61,649 bases of DNA, filler included, from Hausera hauseri (GCA_046269625.1; 12 parts of 12 records of this genome joined end to end with filler, not necessarily neighbours in it), one strand, 5' to 3'; shown: positions 26,678-40,516, counted from the whole stretch's first letter. Made by a program: numbers and translations. The notes: generated by a model not told the origin, from the letters alone.

Positions 26678-29537
26678 CTGCACAGTATTCTGGCTGTATT
26701 GAAGTACAGCGAAGTGAAAAAATATCATATTTATTGTCCAAATCAGTATCGGCAGTATTTTTCCGAATTGCAATTTGATAAATGCTGGATGCCAATGAAA
26801 CTGAAAACCATTCCGGCTTTAGAAGGGCGTAATCCGACGCTGTCAATCAACGTTTTTCTTTACAACACAATAATTTAAATACTGGAAGACGAAGAAATTT
26901 ATAAGAACCCCCATGTGTTCATAATTTATTGCAATCGGTATCCAAATTGACGCTCGGTAAATCTGTTGCTGTCAGAGCAGGCCGAAAATTTTCATTACGT
27001 CGCAGTGACAAATCTGAATAGAATGTTGAACATGGAGCATGACCAGTTCATCAAAAAGCGAATGCGATGCAAATGGTGTCCTGTATGTCCGCATGGATTC
27101 AGGTCAAAAACAACATAGGAGAAACATGTGACGCTGTGCAAGAAGAATTCAACGGAAACAACCTTGTACGTCATGCCACTCAAAAAGGAGCTCCGATTCA
27201 GTAACTGGTCGAAAACGGATAGTCCGGCATATGTGGTATATGCCAATATCAAAAACACGTTCCATTCGTCGTTTGTATGTTGGTTGTCCCAATAAAAGCG
27301 GTTGGTCAGCCGCAGTATTACGTGTTTCATGGCTGGAACTGTGTACATGATTTCCTGATGCAGTTGAAAACCATAGTGGAAACTGAAATCTCACCCTGGT
27401 ACAGTAGAAATTGCAATAAATCCTTGATGTGGACAGATGAAGATAAACACCTGACGTTTGCAGTCACAGTTGAATGTTACCTGTGGCACAAAATATTACC
27501 GTTTGACGCACTGGAACGGCTCGTACCGGATTACGATCATTTTGCTGGTCGATATCTCGGAGCAGCATGTAATTCGTGCAACTTGGCAAGGCGTATGCGG
27601 CCATTCTTACCAGTGATCTTTCATAATTTTCGAGGTTATGATTTTCACTATATATTGAAATGGGCCATTAATAGATTTCCCAACTGGAAACTGTCAGTAA
27701 TCCCAACAACAATGGAGAAATACCTGTCCCTGTTAGCACGCGTAAATCGGTCCCAGGTACGCTTTCTCGACTCATTTCAGTTTATCAATGAGTCTCTAGC
27801 AAAGCTCGTAAATGCTTTGCAGGATGTGCCGATAACATTGACGCAATTTCCCGCACATATTGCGCGTAGCAAAGGCATATTCCCGTATGACTTTGCAACG
27901 TCATATGAGAGACTCCGAACAGCACAGAAAATATGGCCGCGATGGACAGATATCGCAGAGGATGAATACCAGAAAGCACAGAGGTGTTGGACAGAACTCG
28001 GCTGCAGAAACCTGTTGGAGTACATGCTTCAGTATCTAAAATTTGACGTGTACTTATTAACCGATGTGTTTCAGACATTTCGAGCTAAAGCGTTGGCTGA
28101 AGATAGGCTGGAGCCACTCAACTTTTAATCCATACAGGGAATTAGTTGGGCGTCAGCTCTAATGTCACTGGATCGAGACATTGAGCTGCTGCAAGACCCG
28201 GAAATGTACCGGCTGTTTGATGTTGGTATTCGTTGTGGCATGACATTTTTAACAAGCATCAGGTCCGTGCTACCGATACCACATTACTGCTGTATATTGA
28301 TATTAATAACGTGTACGACTGGACGCTTTCGCAACCCTTGCCGTACGGTTCATTCGAATGGGTTGTCGACAGATAAGATCTGAACGACATAATGGTCAAT
28401 CTGCCACAAGCAGACATTCAGACTCAGTCGGATACCTGATGGAGGTCGACCTCGAGATATTAAATGAGCCGCATGATGTTTTGGACGATTTGCCGGTTGA
28501 CCATTTAACCAATGTCCGCCAGGCTGAAAAGTAAAAAAACTGCTCATGACGCATAAACCGAAGCTGAATTACGTGGTGCACTGGCATCTGCTACAGCTCT
28601 ACATGCAGCTGGGTGTTCGCGTTGCACAGCTGCATCGTGCAATCCGATTTGTTCAGTCTCGCACATTTAAGGCTTGCACAGGTGGAAATTCGGAGAAACG
28701 AGCAGCAGCTTGTACAAAGTTCGAAAAGGAATATTACATCTGAAAAACAATTCCCTGTACAGAAAAACAGTGGAGAATCTGAAAATGCGGCTCAATGTAC
28801 ACCTATGCAACAGCAGAAAGCAGCTGGTTACATATACCAGCAAGGCAAGGTTTCGGCGGTCAACGCACATTGCCGATGGATTGGTTGCGGTACTGTTAAA
28901 CAGAGAAGAAGTCGTTCTGGACCGGCCAAGTTACATTGGACAAGTGCTATTGGACCTGAGCAAGTTGCGGGTGTATGAACCACAGTATCGCCACTTGGCA
29001 TGTTACTGGCAAATGTTTGACGGCTGTGACATTAGTATAATTGCCGGTGACAGAGGCAGTTTTTTCCTGCGGCTGAAAAAAGTCAATCCCGAACAGCTAC
29101 TGCAGCAAATTCAGTCAGATGGATTACTAGACATGTCCAACTACCCACCAGATCATCCGTTGTACATCAGAGCGATCACCAACAAAATCGGCTGCTTCAA
29201 GGATGAAAGTGAAGGTCGGGTTCAGTATCGGGAATGGATATTCCTACGCCCAAAGTGCTATAGTTTTCTAACGGACTGTGGACCGAAAATGCGAGCAAGA
29301 AGACTACAGCTGAAGCAAATGGAAATCGGCCACGGTAACTATCGCCGTATATATGAAGCAGCAGCAGCAGAAGGAGGACAATCAGTGGCTGTTGTGTCTC
29401 AAACTATCGTCTGATTAATTGAGCACCAGCGGTACACAATAACTAGTGCGAAAGTCGCTTTGTCATGTAACGATGATAAGCAAAAGTGGGTGGGTCGAAA
29501 TAAGAATTTGGCGTATGGACATTGGCGGCTGAAATGA
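26678..29537 (+). pseudogene. Polinton/Maverick protein-primed DNA polymerase B (fragmented, 5' truncated)
   Basis: Endo-VII/HNH-like DYDHFAGRYLGAACNSCNL; FHNFRGYDFH; FLDSFQF; KGIFPYD; YIDINNVY; KNNSLYRK; RPSYIG; FKDE; LRPKCYS; ends LAYGHW. Confidence 0.93.
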
Positions 29538-29821
29538 ACACACATCCAAACAATCGGTGCTCTGTTGATTCAGTTCAGTTCAGTTGCCGTGACAATTATT
29601 GACAACTATCCCATGTATATTGTTTTTTATATTTCAATGACGTATTTTGTTCAGTATCTTTTGTGTTTTGTTTTCTGTTCCTTACTTACCTATTATTATT
29701 AAGTAAGATAAAAGTAAAAGTAATACAATAACCTTGCACGAGAAAACAAAATATGTAACATGAATACATTTATTTACTGATCGGAGAAAAACTAAAATCA
29801 GCAAAACACAAAGTTAGTCAG

Positions 29822-30142
29822 TTAAATCATAGTAAACTTCCCAATTTTCCATATTGGGAATTTGACACCGCTCCTTTCCTTGTATTCTTTGAGCTTTAGT
29901 GTCAGGTAACTTTTAGCTGCTTCAGGTGGCAAAACTGCTGCTGCTTCTTCGCTATGTGAACTGACAATTTTCGCCATATTTCCTTTGATAAAAATCGACG
30001 ATGTATCTCGGATATCCTTACTCAACGCCAAATCACTGTCAACTTTTCTAATTGTGTCTTCCATTATATCCAAGTCATCGTCGCGGATCTCTTTCACAAA
30101 TAGACAATATTTCGCCAGTTTGCTTTTGACCGTTTGCGTCAA
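29822..30142 (-). CDS. Hypothetical protein convergent with PolB, probable Polinton accessory gene
   Basis: 106-aa ORF; AT-rich spacer with poly(A)-type signals between it and PolB. Confidence 0.4.
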   Translation of the reverse strand: MTQTVKSKLAKYCLFVKEIRDDDLDIMEDTIRKVDSDLALSKDIRDTSSIFIKGNMAKIVSSHSEEAAAVLPPEAAKSYLTLKLKEYKERSGVKFPIWKIGKFTMI

Positions 30143-31082
30143 TGGTAATTGAATAGCGTTGCGCAGATAATGTAAGTTTTATCCATTATATACCCGGGAA
30201 CGTCTGAGCGAATATTCTCTGTATATTGGCTTTTTTGAAAGACTGTCATCACCTGCTGAAGTGTTTTCAAAAGACATTGTTTCAAAAAGACAGACGTGAA
30301 CTGAAATTGCATCTCTATTTATATCACAGGTTTGTTTTCATTGCAAACAATAGATATTTAGTTTATGAGTATTGCCTCATATCACAATGATACAAATTAT
30401 TTCCATGTTACTGAAGTCATTCATAATAAATGTGTACAATTGCCATTATAGCACATTTACATTTTGGACATTGGTTGGTTACTTTCGTGGTGGTGGAACG
30501 CATTTGACAAACAACGAGAAGGCTGCAAATTAAGAATACCGTATTAATTTTTATTTATTTACATAGTAAACACATAAACTACAGTCTCGTACTTTGTGAA
30601 TTATTTTCTCTTTCAAGTTCTTTAATTCACCGCGTACCATTTTTTCAACAATATTAAAGTAATTCGTATCGTATAATCGGTGAATGTACATTTGATTTTT
30701 ACAATAATTAGATTTTCTATAGAGACACAATACTTTTTGATGTCATCAATGCTACTGACGCAAAATCGTCTTTAAATTCAAAATCACCTGCCGCTGTCGT
30801 AACCAGCTCACCATCAAGTATTGCCACCATCGTACCAAGTCTGAAATTGATAATCCATCAAAATTTTGCAACTGATTCAATTGATTGACTATTTCTATGA
30901 TGATTAATATTATTTCCTACCCGTATTTATAGTTTTTAAATAATTCAATTGACCAATACGGAAAAAAAAGAAACAAAAATACATTTATTTATTTGCATGA
31001 AATATAGTCAATACAAAGCCACAGACATTTTTTATAAGCACAATGTGGTCCATGACCATGATACGGACATCGGATATTGTCA

Positions 31083-31182
31083 NNNNNNNNNNNNNNNNNN
31101 NNNNNNNNNNNNNNNNNNNNNNNNNNTTAATTAATTAANNNNNNNNNNNNNNNNNNNNNNNNNNNNNNNNNNNNNNNNNNNN
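31083..31182. other. Artificial contig spacer
   Basis: 44 N + TTAATTAATTAA + 44 N. Confidence 0.98.
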
Positions 31183-32754
31183 CGAGAAAGGGCTAAAGAA
31201 ATAATAGCCGAAATGAAACAGTATGATATAATTAGACCAAGTAATTCACCATGGGCAGCACCTATCGTAATGGTACAGAAGAAAGATGGATCCATAAGAA
31301 TGTGCGTAGATTATCGTGCTCTGAACGAAGTAACAGTGGATAACACTTACCCATTGCCAAAGATTGATGAAATATTAGATAAATTGAAAGACAAAATGTT
31401 ATTCACTACATTGGACTTACAAAAAGGCTTCTGGCACATAGAAGTACAAGGAGATGATAAACAGAAAACAGCTTTTGTAGCCGTAGATGGACATTATGAA
31501 TTTAATCGAATGGCATTTGGAATGAAGAACGCCCCAGCTACGTTTCAGACGGCGATGGATATAATTACTATGGATGCACCACACATAATGTGCTATGTGG
31601 ATGATGTTATAATTGCGTCAAAAGGCATACCAACAATTAAAGGATAATTTATTAGCTCCACCGATATTGGCGTATCCTAACATGTCAAAACCATACTTTC
31701 TAGCAACGGATGCAAGTAAAGTTGGAATCGGAGTTGTTTTATCACAAAAAGATGATCAAGAACAAGAACATCCTATATCGTTTGGAGGAAGGAAGTTGAG
31801 AAAGCATTAGAGAAATTACTCCACAATTGAGAGAGAACTACTTGCTATCGTATATGCGTTAGAACAATATGGTCAGTATTTATCCGAAACAAAACCGATT
31901 ATTGTTTATACCGACCATAAGCCGTTACAGTGGTTAAAAGGCCATAAGAATCCAAACAGTCGCTTAATGAAATGGGCAATGTTGCTCCAACCCTATGATT
32001 TGAAGTTTGAATATAAAACTGGTAAGGCCAACGCAAATGCCGATTACATGTCAAGGATACCTGAGGATATAGACCAAAAGGAGGAAGAAACAACAGATAA
32101 ACTAGGCGTTATAGAAGACATCTGGAGTATAGTGGAACAAGATAAATCGTTTTAACAAAGACAGCAAAATGATGAACAGGTGAAGCAAATTAAAGACTAT
32201 CTTTAAAAAAAATTTTACCAAAAGATAGCCATCTCCATAGTCATCTGATGAGATTTTCTGAAAATTACCAGATAAAAGATGGTATATTATGTTACAACCA
32301 TAAAGGAAAATTAGTTATAGTTGTCCCCCAACAAGATACAAAACTATTGTTAACACAGTATCATGATGGTATGCTGGGAGGACACCAATCAAAGAAACGA
32401 ACTCTGGGTAGATTAAAAAGAAAATATTATTGGTATAATATATTTAGAGATGTAGAAGAATGGTGCAAAAGCTTCCCTGTTTGTGCTACGAGGAAAAACA
32501 CAGGAAACAAGATCAAAGTTCCTCTCAAACTATTAGAATGTCCACCCGCTCCTATGGAATTCTCAGCAATAGACATTCTGGGACCGTTGCCCATGACAAT
32601 AAATGGAAATAAATACCTCCTTGTGTTTGTTGATTTATTTTCCAGATGGCCAGTTGTAGTTCCAATACCTGACCAAAAAGCTCATACTATTGCTCAAGCG
32701 TTTGTTGAGGAAATTGTGTTCAATTACGGAGCATTTACAAAATTGTTAACGCAT
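31183..32754 (+). mobile_element. Ty3/Gypsy pol fragment (RT, RNase H, integrase N-half), internally deleted
   Basis: SPWAAPIVMV, MCVDYRALN, YVDDVII, ATDASKVGIG, YTDHKPL, HDGMLGGH, IDILGPLP; breaks at 32755. Confidence 0.95.
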
Positions 32755-33739
32755 TGTAAGGTTCCACCTTACAAAAACATAAAATAAATAAAATCAGTAA
32801 AATTAATTAAATAACCACAAAAATTCAAGACAGAAACAAAAGCAAAATCAAAAAATAAACAAATCACGAATTCGCCCAAAAATATAAATAACAAAAGTCT
32901 GGATTTAAACCATTTTTTGTTTAAATCCACAGATTAGCAGAAGAGTTGAATTGTTCAAAAAGGGGAAATCCACAACTCCACCAAATCCGCATCGTTGACA
33001 TCGTCGCCGTCAGTCGCAGACGCCACTGCAACATCATCGTCATTTCCGATAACAAATTGAATGGACGATCTACCGACATTGCTCAATCTATTCGATGATC
33101 GAGGGATACTGATCATTGACGATGGAAATTACTAAAATTATGACGAGCCCATCATTCATCAATCCGTGATGGACCTTGTCCACCGGCTCGACTACATAAC
33201 GTAGTCTCCTCACAACTGACGAAAGCTCATCAGAATTCCCATCTTCTCTATCAGGAATCAAATACCAATTCGATCGAATGGATGCAGATATAAACCCTTT
33301 CTGCAGATGGCCAAACGCGATGCACAGACGAAACAACCTCAACCAAATACCAAGTGGCGTCGAGGACGTCTCCGCCAACTACTTACACGGTGTCAAGTTC
33401 AACTCCACCTACACACGACGTCGAGATCACTTTGTCAATTTAAATTTATTAAAAATAAACCTTCTAATCTAAAGTTGTTGTTTCCCCGCGTTTTCACCAG
33501 TTGTTTTATCAACTGCATCAGAGTACTTGTATTGTGCGGCCTATACAAAGCTTTTGCACAATACAGACCTCTAAACACATGTTACAACGATAAACAATTT
33601 TTGCTAATTTCCGCCTTAGTTTTAATGGATTTTTCTCCGACAATTTGACGTTATAACAAGTTACACCCACTCATCTTCAACACCTATACTGACTATACAC
33701 TACCGCCTTTTAGGGAATCTGAGCCAAAAGCCTCTTCTA

Positions 33740-36700
33740 TGGATCAACAAGACTTTGCCGACATTCCTACTACAAACGTATCGCTAAACTTACCTCCGTC
33801 GTCTACTTTAAATCTACCTTGCGTCGAATACCTCGTCGACAAACAACATTCCAGCCGGACGTGGTTGGACTTTCATGCGGCTTGATTGAAGTCGTATAAT
33901 ATAGTCGACTTTTTTCTTAAAGCAAACAGCTTGCTTATACTCTTGCCTTCCAACATTAAGTCGCAGATTTCAAACTTGTCTGAAATTTTTCAAAGCAGTG
34001 ACCCATACAAAACACTTTTTAACGCAATTTTAAAAATTATGCAATCATCTCTGGATAACATTATCCAAAAATATTTCAATAATAATTTGATAAAAAACAA
34101 GAAACCATCAGAATTTTTAAAAACATCTTTAACCCAATTAAACAAGTTAGGAGTAAATTAGACAAACAATGCCGATCTACTACGTAGATATTTCCTTCAA
34201 TCGTTGCCAAAAGAAATACGGGCTCTATTAACCGTCGTTGAAGACACTGCTACACTAGAGAAATTAGCACAGCTGGCTGATAAAAGCTGCGACATACTAA
34301 ATACTCACAATACTCCAATTGTTGCAGCTACATTACAACCGTCTATGACTACGCCCAATGCAGAATTCTTAGCATTAAATAACCAAATAAACACTCTCCG
34401 GACTGAAAACACGGCAATACGCCAAGCCATTTCCGCTTTAACGTCTAAATTGGACAGTTTATCCATACAGCGACGCGATCGATTCACACCTAATCATAGC
34501 CGCGCCTCATTACACAATTCGAGATCCGCTACGTCCCCTACTCGACCTATGGTGTGTTAATATCACACTAAATTCAAGAACCAAGCCAACAAATGTTGTT
34601 TGAGGTGCAAATTCTTCACACCGCTTTCCAAAGACCTGACATCGTTTGTATTTACCACGGTAGGTTCAGCAACAATGCCCGTAAATGCGTCAACGGCTGC
34701 ACATTCTCTAATCAACTTAACCAATTCCGTCGTAATTCTTTTGACCCCAAAATCCTTCTATTCCAAAAAACTAACAAAGCCGCCAGATGTTTCGGCACAT
34801 GCGGGCAGAGGCAAACGTCTTCATAATGATAGCCGTACTTATGCCGTTTTTACATTAAAAGCTTCTTTAACTTCCGAATCAATTGTCTCATTGACTCTGG
34901 GGCGGCTGTTTTTTATTATTACCATATATCAAGACATCATCCATCTCATCATCTACCACAAAATTATACACAGTTAGCGGCCAAGCATTACGCATTTTCG
35001 GCACGTCCAAGATCTCATTTACTTTACCGCCTTTTTCCGACATTTTCAATTCGTCATTCATCGTTGCTGACACACAATCTCCAATACTTGGGTTTGATTT
35101 TTTATCTTTCTACAATCTTCTTGTAAATTGTAGACAACGTCGGATTATTAAAAGCAATTCAACAAAACCGACATCCACAGACAACCAACCGATTTTTCAG
35201 CCTGTCTCGACAATAAAAGCGATATTAGAAGACCCATCAGCCAACGCAAGTAATAATGCCTTTAATACCAATATAAATAATCCAACATTTTTGTTGCAGT
35301 CCGGTACTAGAGGAACCAAAGGCATTGACAAGGACGATTTAGGCGACTCGATTTCTAGCGTTTTCCCACTAAATCCAATCAGGCCCCGGCCATAAAAACA
35401 ACAGCCTTTACTACGCTTAGCCAAGAATTTCAACAATATTTAACCAAGTCTTGTTTCCATACAATAAAAAAGCCCAGCCTTTCGATCAGCTAACACGACA
35501 TTTCATCATATCATCACAGAAAATTCCAGGCCCGTTAGGCAAAACTCCGCTCACTTTTACCACGCCGTCGACAAGAAGTACAAACGGAATTCTCTGCACT
35601 TAAGCAAGTCGGCATAATAAAACGGTCAAAATCACCGTGGGCAGCACCACTCAACGTCATCCCAAAAAAGATAGCACATTTCGTCCATGCGGCGATTATC
35701 GCCAACTTAATAACGTAACTACCATGGATGCTTATCCTCTACCTTTGATTAAAGATATATTGCATTCTTTACACAATACCACAATTTATTTGACTATAGA
35801 TCATGAAAAAGCCTGCCACCAAACACCGGTAGCTCCCGAAGACATCCAAAAGACGGCCATAATAACACCTTTTGGTCTGTTTGAATATGCATTCATGCCG
35901 TTCGGTTTAAAGAACGCAGAACAAATCTTTCAACGGCATATTGATTCAGTCTTTTCAGGCTTGTCATTTGTATATCCGTATATCGACGATATACTAGTCG
36001 CATCGGCATCGCCCAATCAACACGAAGAACATCTCAGACTAGTTTTCCAACGTTTACACAGCTACAACTTGCAAGTGAACTTTTCTAAGTGTTCCTTCTT
36101 TTAGAAAAAGGTAACTTTCCTTGGACACGTCATCACACCTCACGGTCACAGTCCACAGCCTGATAGAATCCATCAGCTACGAAACATTGAGCTACCAAAA
36201 ACTACTACTGATATGCGTAGCTTCCTCGGGACTTTACATTTTGTACATAAATACGACACACATTGTAGCCAGTTAACCGCTCCTTTTGCTCAACTAGGAG
36301 CAAGACCAAAGGAAAAGCTCATATATTGGACACCAGAACTTATTAACCAGTTCAATGAACTTCGCGACAAGCTCAAAACAGTCGAAATTTTAGCTTACCC
36401 AAAACCTGATGCTGACCTCATTTTAACAACCGACGCATCAACAACAGCAGTAGGAGCGGTTCTTTATCAAATATCTCAAGGAATAAATGACCCGTTAGAA
36501 TTTTTTCACGCAAGCTTCAGCCGCAAGAACGCCGTTATTCCACCTTCGATAGAGAACTCCTGGCCATTGTTTTAGCTCAGAAACATTTTGCTCATCTGCT
36601 TATTGCTCGTTCCTTTACAATTCAAACAGACCACAAGCCTCTTGTTCACGTAATGAACATGTAACAACCATCACTTTGACAAGAACAACATATCTCGTAT

Positions 36701-36910
36701 CTGTCAACATTGAACTTTAAAATTTGCCATATTGCCGGCACAGACAACCTAATAGCCGACTTCTTATTACGGTCAGTTGGTGCTATTTGCATCACCCCAA
36801 TATTCTCTAAGGAGCAATTAATCCAAAATCCCCCTTCAGCTGAAACTCTTAAACGGTACAAATCTGTACAGTTCATCGAGGGAATAGCCATAGACACGTC
36901 AATGCGTGTA
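33740..36910 (+). mobile_element. Ty3/Gypsy gag-pol fragment
   Basis: gag with CIYHGRF...KC knuckle-like motif; RPCGDYRQLN, KTAIITPFGLFEY, YIDDILVAS, TTDASTTAVG, TDHKPL, NLIADFL. Confidence 0.93.
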
Positions 36911-37991
36911 CAACTATTGCCAATTTTTCGGATTGAACGGATAATTTGATTTGGTAGACTAGTTGATTTTCGTAAATGGAATTTTTAGTTTTGATTTTTA
37001 GGTTAACTGATTAAGCAACACTGAAATCTGCCCAATATTACAACATTGCTATAGCCTAAATGACGAGGACTATTTAATCGGATATTTAGCAAAATTTATA
37101 CTGCAGACAATGCAATCACCAAATCGTCCTCTTTGTAAATAATGCCCAATAACACCACAATAATGTAAAATTTAAAAGGATCAGGGTTTTTATTATTTCT
37201 TAGAATGTGACCAGTTTGTATGATGTTTAAGACATCGTACAAAGATACTAACAGGAAAATTTCAATGAATTCAATTTCTTTTACGGGGTGGAAGATTTAA
37301 TTGAAAGCAAAGTAATGAATAATCGTTCATAACAAAAAATCACAAACCTTTTCAAATTAACAAATTAATGTTTTTAGACAAACATTTTAAATATGCATAA
37401 TAAACGTTTTATCATGATATCTTTACTTTTTAACATCTAGATTTGTGTTTTACATAGTGTTGCATAATATATACGATGAACTCCACTTAAAAGAGCACTC
37501 CGCATATAAAAACACTTTTCGGGTCCCGTAAACGTTTGTATAAACTATGTCAGCTGTAATTATTTAAACTTAAAAACGAAGAAGTGTACATGTGAATTAA
37601 TCAACTCTAGTAACCAACATAGTTGAGAAGTAATCAACAAAATTGTCGCAAAATAATCAATTCTGGTGACATTATAACAGCTGTAAATTAGTTAGGTGTA
37701 AATTGCGACAGCTGCAAATTGCTCAGAAAAAGGTAATAATGCCGAAAAAACAACTGTAAATAATTGCAATAGCCTGACAATCTGTACAAATCGATAATTA
37801 ATTATTTCTATATGAGAAATGCTACTATATAAGCAGCCACAATTTTGAGAAAAAGTGAACACTTCTCTGCGACTTAGGATCGCAAAGCGAAAGCAAACCA
37901 ATATCGACTTATCCGTGAAACCTTACGACTTAGGATCGTAAACCGAAATTTGCTATTAAAGACAAGACATTTTCTGTGTGATTCTTGATTG

Positions 37992-38091
37992 NNNNNNNNN
38001 NNNNNNNNNNNNNNNNNNNNNNNNNNNNNNNNNNNTTAATTAATTAANNNNNNNNNNNNNNNNNNNNNNNNNNNNNNNNNNNNNNNNNNNN
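37992..38091. other. Artificial contig spacer
   Basis: 44 N + TTAATTAATTAA + 44 N. Confidence 0.98.
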
Positions 38092-38231
38092 AGCGAATTG
38101 GCAGTAAGAACCACCAGATTATGACCATCACATCAAAAAAGAAAGCACTGGATCCCTTTGACGATAAACGACACTGGGTTGATAAAAACAAAAGTGTAGC
38201 TTACGGACATTATTCCATTTTATGTAAATAA
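38092..38231 (+). pseudogene. Polinton PolB extreme C-terminus (element A)
   Basis: RIGSKNHQIMTITSKKKALDPFDDKRHWVDKNKSVAYGHY, then AATAAA. Confidence 0.9.
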
Positions 38232-38259
38232 ATTTTTATTTCTTATTTCTCATTAAAGG

Positions 38260-38494
38260 GAAAAACGCTTTGTTCCAGGGTAGGACTTTGTTCCGGGGTG
38301 GGAATAGTGAAACCCAATTGGCCCCAAAGCTCTCTCATTCGTCCTCTACTCCTATTAGCTTACTTTCTTCCCCCCGATGACGTGTCCTCTTCCCATTCGC
38401 CAGTTTCCCTTCCCCACGATGACGTGTTCTCCTACTATTGGCTTCCTTCCTTTACTGGGGGGGGTTTGGGGCGAACTCCTCCCTTCCAACTACT
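38260..38494 (+). repeat. Polinton terminal repeat, element A right end (...TCCTCCCTTCCAACTACT)
   Basis: Ends in ACTACT (reverse complement of the AGTAGT Polinton terminus); 17/18 match to the reverse complement of 40160-40177; GGGTGGGAATAGTGAAACC box. Confidence 0.7.
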
Positions 38495-38601
38495 CATAAA
38501 TGAGGCAGTATGCGTTGATATGGCTATGTTTCTTTACAAAATCACTTCCACGAATGGTGAGAATTTTATTCGTGCTCCTCAAATAATTGGCTGATTTTTA
38601 T

Positions 38602-40159
38602 ATGTGCAATCTATACAAACAGTGCTTTGCTCAAATCCACTAGTCTGGAATTTGCCACAACGTTATACAGAAATACTTCAGCCATCTATACAACAGGGCT
38701 GAGTAGTATATGTGCCCTACATGTGAGGTAGTGTGCCAGACCAAATATGAAGACTTTTACAATGCTCATAAACAACACCTGATTTCCTTCACCAAGTCGA
38801 AAAAACAAATATTCAATACCACTATGCCAATAACGACTTTCATGCCTAATAAAAATCAAAGGTGCAGTTCATACGTGTATTGAACATGTGCAAAACGCAA
38901 CCCTCAGAACTGTCATAATACTATGAGGAGCTATTATGGATACAAATTCAATACGATCCTCTCTTATATATGCCCAGAATTTGAGACTGTATGCGGCGCA
39001 GATTACATACAGTTCTATTATGATTACAAACATCATTTGAATAATTTCGCATCAAAGTCAAAGAAGGTCATCTTTAATGAGCAACATAATTTTGATGCAT
39101 CTGCTTCGCAGTATTCTGTCTCGCATTATGCTGCTGGATCTGGTACAGCAGCTGCGAAGCATATTAGAATTGAAACGTGCATCATGAGCAGCAGCATCAT
39201 GCGCAGCAGCATCAGGCGCAGCCACATCAGACGCAGCAGCTCCATCAAAAAGCCAAAGACAGCGGCCAGTTGATGCGGCAGCATTAAAGAGAAAATGCCG
39301 CAGATGTTATTGAGGCAACTGGTCAAACAACCCTCCAAGACTTTCTCTTATACACAAAGGACGAGACAGAGGGGATTCTTCAGGCCAATTTGGCTTAGCT
39401 CAAAGCCCTTAAGGTGAATATGAAACTGGAGGCAACGTACATCAATGTTGATGGCGAAGAATTCAATAGGGCCTTCAATATCAAAAATAGACTCATTGGA
39501 AAACACCAATATAGCAGAGTGGATGCAAGGGACGCACGAGAAGCTAATCCGTGAAGCCGGAGAGAGTCAGGATAAGAATAGCGGATGGACTCTGGCAACC
39601 ATCAATAGATTGTTTGTGTATGTTCACAAGTACTCTCCTATGCGAGGCAGTTCATATATTCAGCTCCCTTATTGGATCGCTAATAAAAAAGCGTGTATTA
39701 ATGTCCATAATAACGACAACATGTGTTTCATGTATGCCATTCTATCAAAACTCCTAACGGATAAAAATCATGCTTCACGAGTTTGGCTATATAAGGATGT
39801 GCATCACAACTATGACTTCCAATGTATCAAGTTCCCTCCATCCATGCATGAAGTTAAAAATTTGGAAAAGTCCACATGTCCATTAATATCTTGGGATTGG
39901 ATGAGGATGATAAATTCTATCCCCTGCAGATATGCGATACTGAATTGGAAGATCATAGGGATCTGCTCCTTCTAGGCGATGGAGAAAAGAAACATTATTT
40001 GGATCAAAGACTGAGCGGCTAGTCAGATCACAAATTACGAAGCATTATGGACGATGCTTGTCCCATTTCAGTGGCAAGTTAGCCGTATTGAAGCTGAAGT
40101 AGCACAAGATGTACTGCAACAACAATTATTGTGTTAGGCTAGATTTCCCCAAGGAAAAC
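38602..40159 (+). pseudogene. N-terminal part of a divergent Polinton PolB (2x Cys/His domain, Q/H linker, terminal-protein region)
   Basis: LKVNMKLEATY, NSGWTLATI, GSSYIQLP...KKACINVHNNDNMCF; truncated at the AGTAGA terminus. Confidence 0.85.
39180..39240 (+). repeat. 15-bp tandem repeat x4 (CATCAkrmGCAGCmr) encoding an H/Q-rich linker
   Basis: CATCATGAGCAGCAG CATCATGCGCAGCAG CATCAGGCGCAGCCA CATCAGACGCAGCAG. Confidence 0.85.
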
Positions 40160-40516
40160 AGTAGATGGAAGGGAGGACACTGCGCCAAGCCCCCCTCCCG
40201 CGGAGAAAAAATTAATGTGGTTCTCGGATGAGTCATTGGGTAGAAAAAACTATTTATAGGGTGTAGATAGGAGGCACAGTTATGAAAGTTATACACGCAA
40301 GCAGGCCTACTATATGGATTCGGCGTGGTTTAAAAATTTGAATTTTGCGTGCAAAAAAATTTGTTTTAATTTTGGTTTTCGTGTAATGTGATTGGTCGGT
40401 TTGTTTAAATTTTGTCAGTGAACAAAGCATTTTCTGATCTATTCGTGGTTTCACTATTCCCACCCATAGGAAAAATAGCCTTCTAGCCTGATCGTGGTTT
40501 CACCATTCCCACCCTA
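40160..40516 (+). repeat. Polinton terminal repeat, element B left end (AGTAGATGGAAGGGAGGA...)
   Basis: AGTAG terminus; two copies of TCGTGGTTTCACyATTCCCACCC at 40443 and 40492. Confidence 0.7.
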
